From assembly GCA_965233585.1 (NCBI GenBank), contig CBDDTI010000108.1:1-21564 (forward strand): DNA of 21,564 nt, read 5' to 3'. A program made the position numbers and the translations under genes. This DNA is from a bacterium. GTDB taxonomy: Bacteria > SAR324 > NAC60-12. Numbering within the stretch: position 1 is the first letter of the stretch; every line of letters starts with the position of its first letter. The notes under the pieces are model-generated. The model was not told where the DNA came from. It saw only the letters and a list, made by a program, of their open reading frames with translations, and searched no databases. Shown piece by piece: positions 20,234 to 21,564 of this stretch.

Positions 20234-21133
20234 CTACTTGGACGTCCACGTCGCACGGACGGCATCCACGGAAGGAAGCTCAGCACCTACTTTAGCTAAA
20301 GCAGTGCAAGAAACAGAAATACTATCCAACAACTTGACCAATTTGGTCCTGGCCTGCGAATTTCCATCTACAATGATCTTTCCTGTCCTCAAGTACAAAG
20401 ACACGCTGCCGCCAAAATTTGGCTTTACCAGAATACCGGTCACTTTACCCTCGGTCATATGATCCTTTGTGACATGAGGCGGGCCATACAGATTAGCAGA
20501 GAGCAACAATGCAGCTGCATCCGTGACCTGTGAAATTTTGGTGCCTGGCTTCACAACTCTATGACATTCATCCGCCGCAATTGATGCTTTGGATCGCAAA
20601 TACTGGGCAGTCTTGGCTTGGTCTAACAACGTATCAACTGAAGGCAGAAGACTCTCTTTGTCAACAGGATCATTGCAGTGGATCTCTTTCAGTGAGGCAC
20701 ACCGGACCCTGCGCAAAGGAGAGCGGGACCTTGTGCGCTCCCACTCCTCTGTGAGTTCCTTTGCCCATTGCTCAGCTTCCTCCCATTTCACCTGCACACT
20801 TCGCAGGGTACTCTCCTGTTTCTCAATTTCATCTGCCCAGATGGAAGCCCAGAGCGGGGCCGAATCCCCTGCGTCATTCTCAATCTCCTGGGCCCACGTC
20901 AACGCCCAAGAAGGAGGTACATCTGTGGCTTTCATTTGAACTCTTCCGTCAGGCACAGTATTCAGGGATGCTTGTGTTTGAATGCCGGATATAGGCACTG
21001 TGACTTGGGTGCCTTTATGACTACTGCTGCCAAACATAGTAGTGCCTGTCCTTGGCCGACAAAAGCTTCTCATAGAATTCTGTAGCTGTACTTTTAGATC
21101 AGGGGGCAGATTATCACCCACCATACGGCCCAT
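20234..21133 (-). CDS. Probable LINE ORF1 protein (first ATG at 21133; the track starts it at TTG 21187)
   Basis: ~300 codons, intronless, directly upstream of and in frame with ORF2. It has an acidic Trp-repeat helical segment, an RSRSP motif and a globular-looking C-terminus. No family firmly recognised. Confidence 0.65.
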   Translation of the reverse strand: MGRMVGDNLPPDLKVQLQNSMRSFCRPRTGTTMFGSSSHKGTQVTVPISGIQTQASLNTVPDGRVQMKATDVPPSWALTWAQEIENDAGDSAPLWASIWADEIEKQESTLRSVQVKWEEAEQWAKELTEEWERTRSRSPLRRVRCASLKEIHCNDPVDKESLLPSVDTLLDQAKTAQYLRSKASIAADECHRVVKPGTKISQVTDAAALLLSANLYGPPHVTKDHMTEGKVTGILVKPNFGGSVSLYLRTGKIIVDGNSQARTKLVKLLDSISVSCTALAKVGAELPSVDAVRATWTSK

Positions 21134-21564
21134 GTCCGCGACGGGCGAATTGAACACAGGACTTGATCCAAAATTGGAAACATTCAACAGGTAATAGGTG
21201 AGAAATCATATGCCAAAGGTGCCAGGGTGAAATCACAGGCTGCAGCACAAAAGAAAAGACCTTGCCACTTGGTCGAAGAGATAGCATGTAGATTCAAGAT
21301 TCAAACCTAATAAGTATGCAAACGTGCTCCAATGAGCAAAGCAAAGCAAAAACAATGCAGGAGGAAAGGGGAAGAAGGGGCGAGGAAAAAAAAAATCAGA
21401 TAAACGCTTACATCCCAAGAAACAGCTGCAGAAGTTCCATATAATACATGGATCACATGCACATCGTGTAGCTGATGCACAGCTTCCTCACTGTCATCAC
21501 CTTTGCCAGCAACACTTGTGACAACCTACTCCCCAACAACAGCACCAACAAAAACAAAACAAAA

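Larger units (their letters stand above)
15817..21564 (-). mobile_element. Non-LTR retrotransposon (LINE, APE-RT-CCHC type); 5' end not defined within the window
   Basis: Co-oriented intronless ORF1-like and APE-RT frames, a C-terminal CCHC motif, a ~150-nt 3' UTR and an (AACC)4 tail at 15817-15833. Confidence 0.88.

Noticed and set aside
20730..20910. PEX5-like WxxxF/Y motifs in ORF1
   Set aside because: The motifs end in I/L rather than F/Y, and there is no TPR region.

Overview
Repeat-dense eukaryotic DNA with no prokaryotic operon structure. The repeat families resemble those I recall from Symbiodiniaceae dinoflagellates such as Cladocopium (inference, not checked). From left to right: (1) a 1.35-kb non-coding element with inverted ends, 10-bp flanking direct repeats and four 170-bp tandem units (245-1597); (2) a ~600-bp open frame (2294-2900, +), only partly caught by the ORF track, that reads like the palm and thumb of a Pisuviricota-type RNA-virus RdRp (motifs B, C/GDD, D, E and a thumb ExxxHxxEYF motif), i.e. 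a candidate endogenous RNA-virus element and the most interesting signal here; (3) a ~269-bp satellite with trimeric higher-order structure (3049-10888), interrupted at the same monomer position by two TSD-less Helitron2-like insertions, the second carrying an 8-bp-TSD element that contains a ~2-kb foldback palindrome; (4) an intron-like stretch with palindromic MITE-like repeats and possible micro-exons (11160-15810); (5) a minus-strand LINE (15817 to window end) with ORF1, an APE-RT ORF2 with unusual catalytic motifs, a CCHC knuckle cut off by one in-frame TAA, and an (AACC)n tail. Most other ORFs in the track are repeat-derived artefacts.
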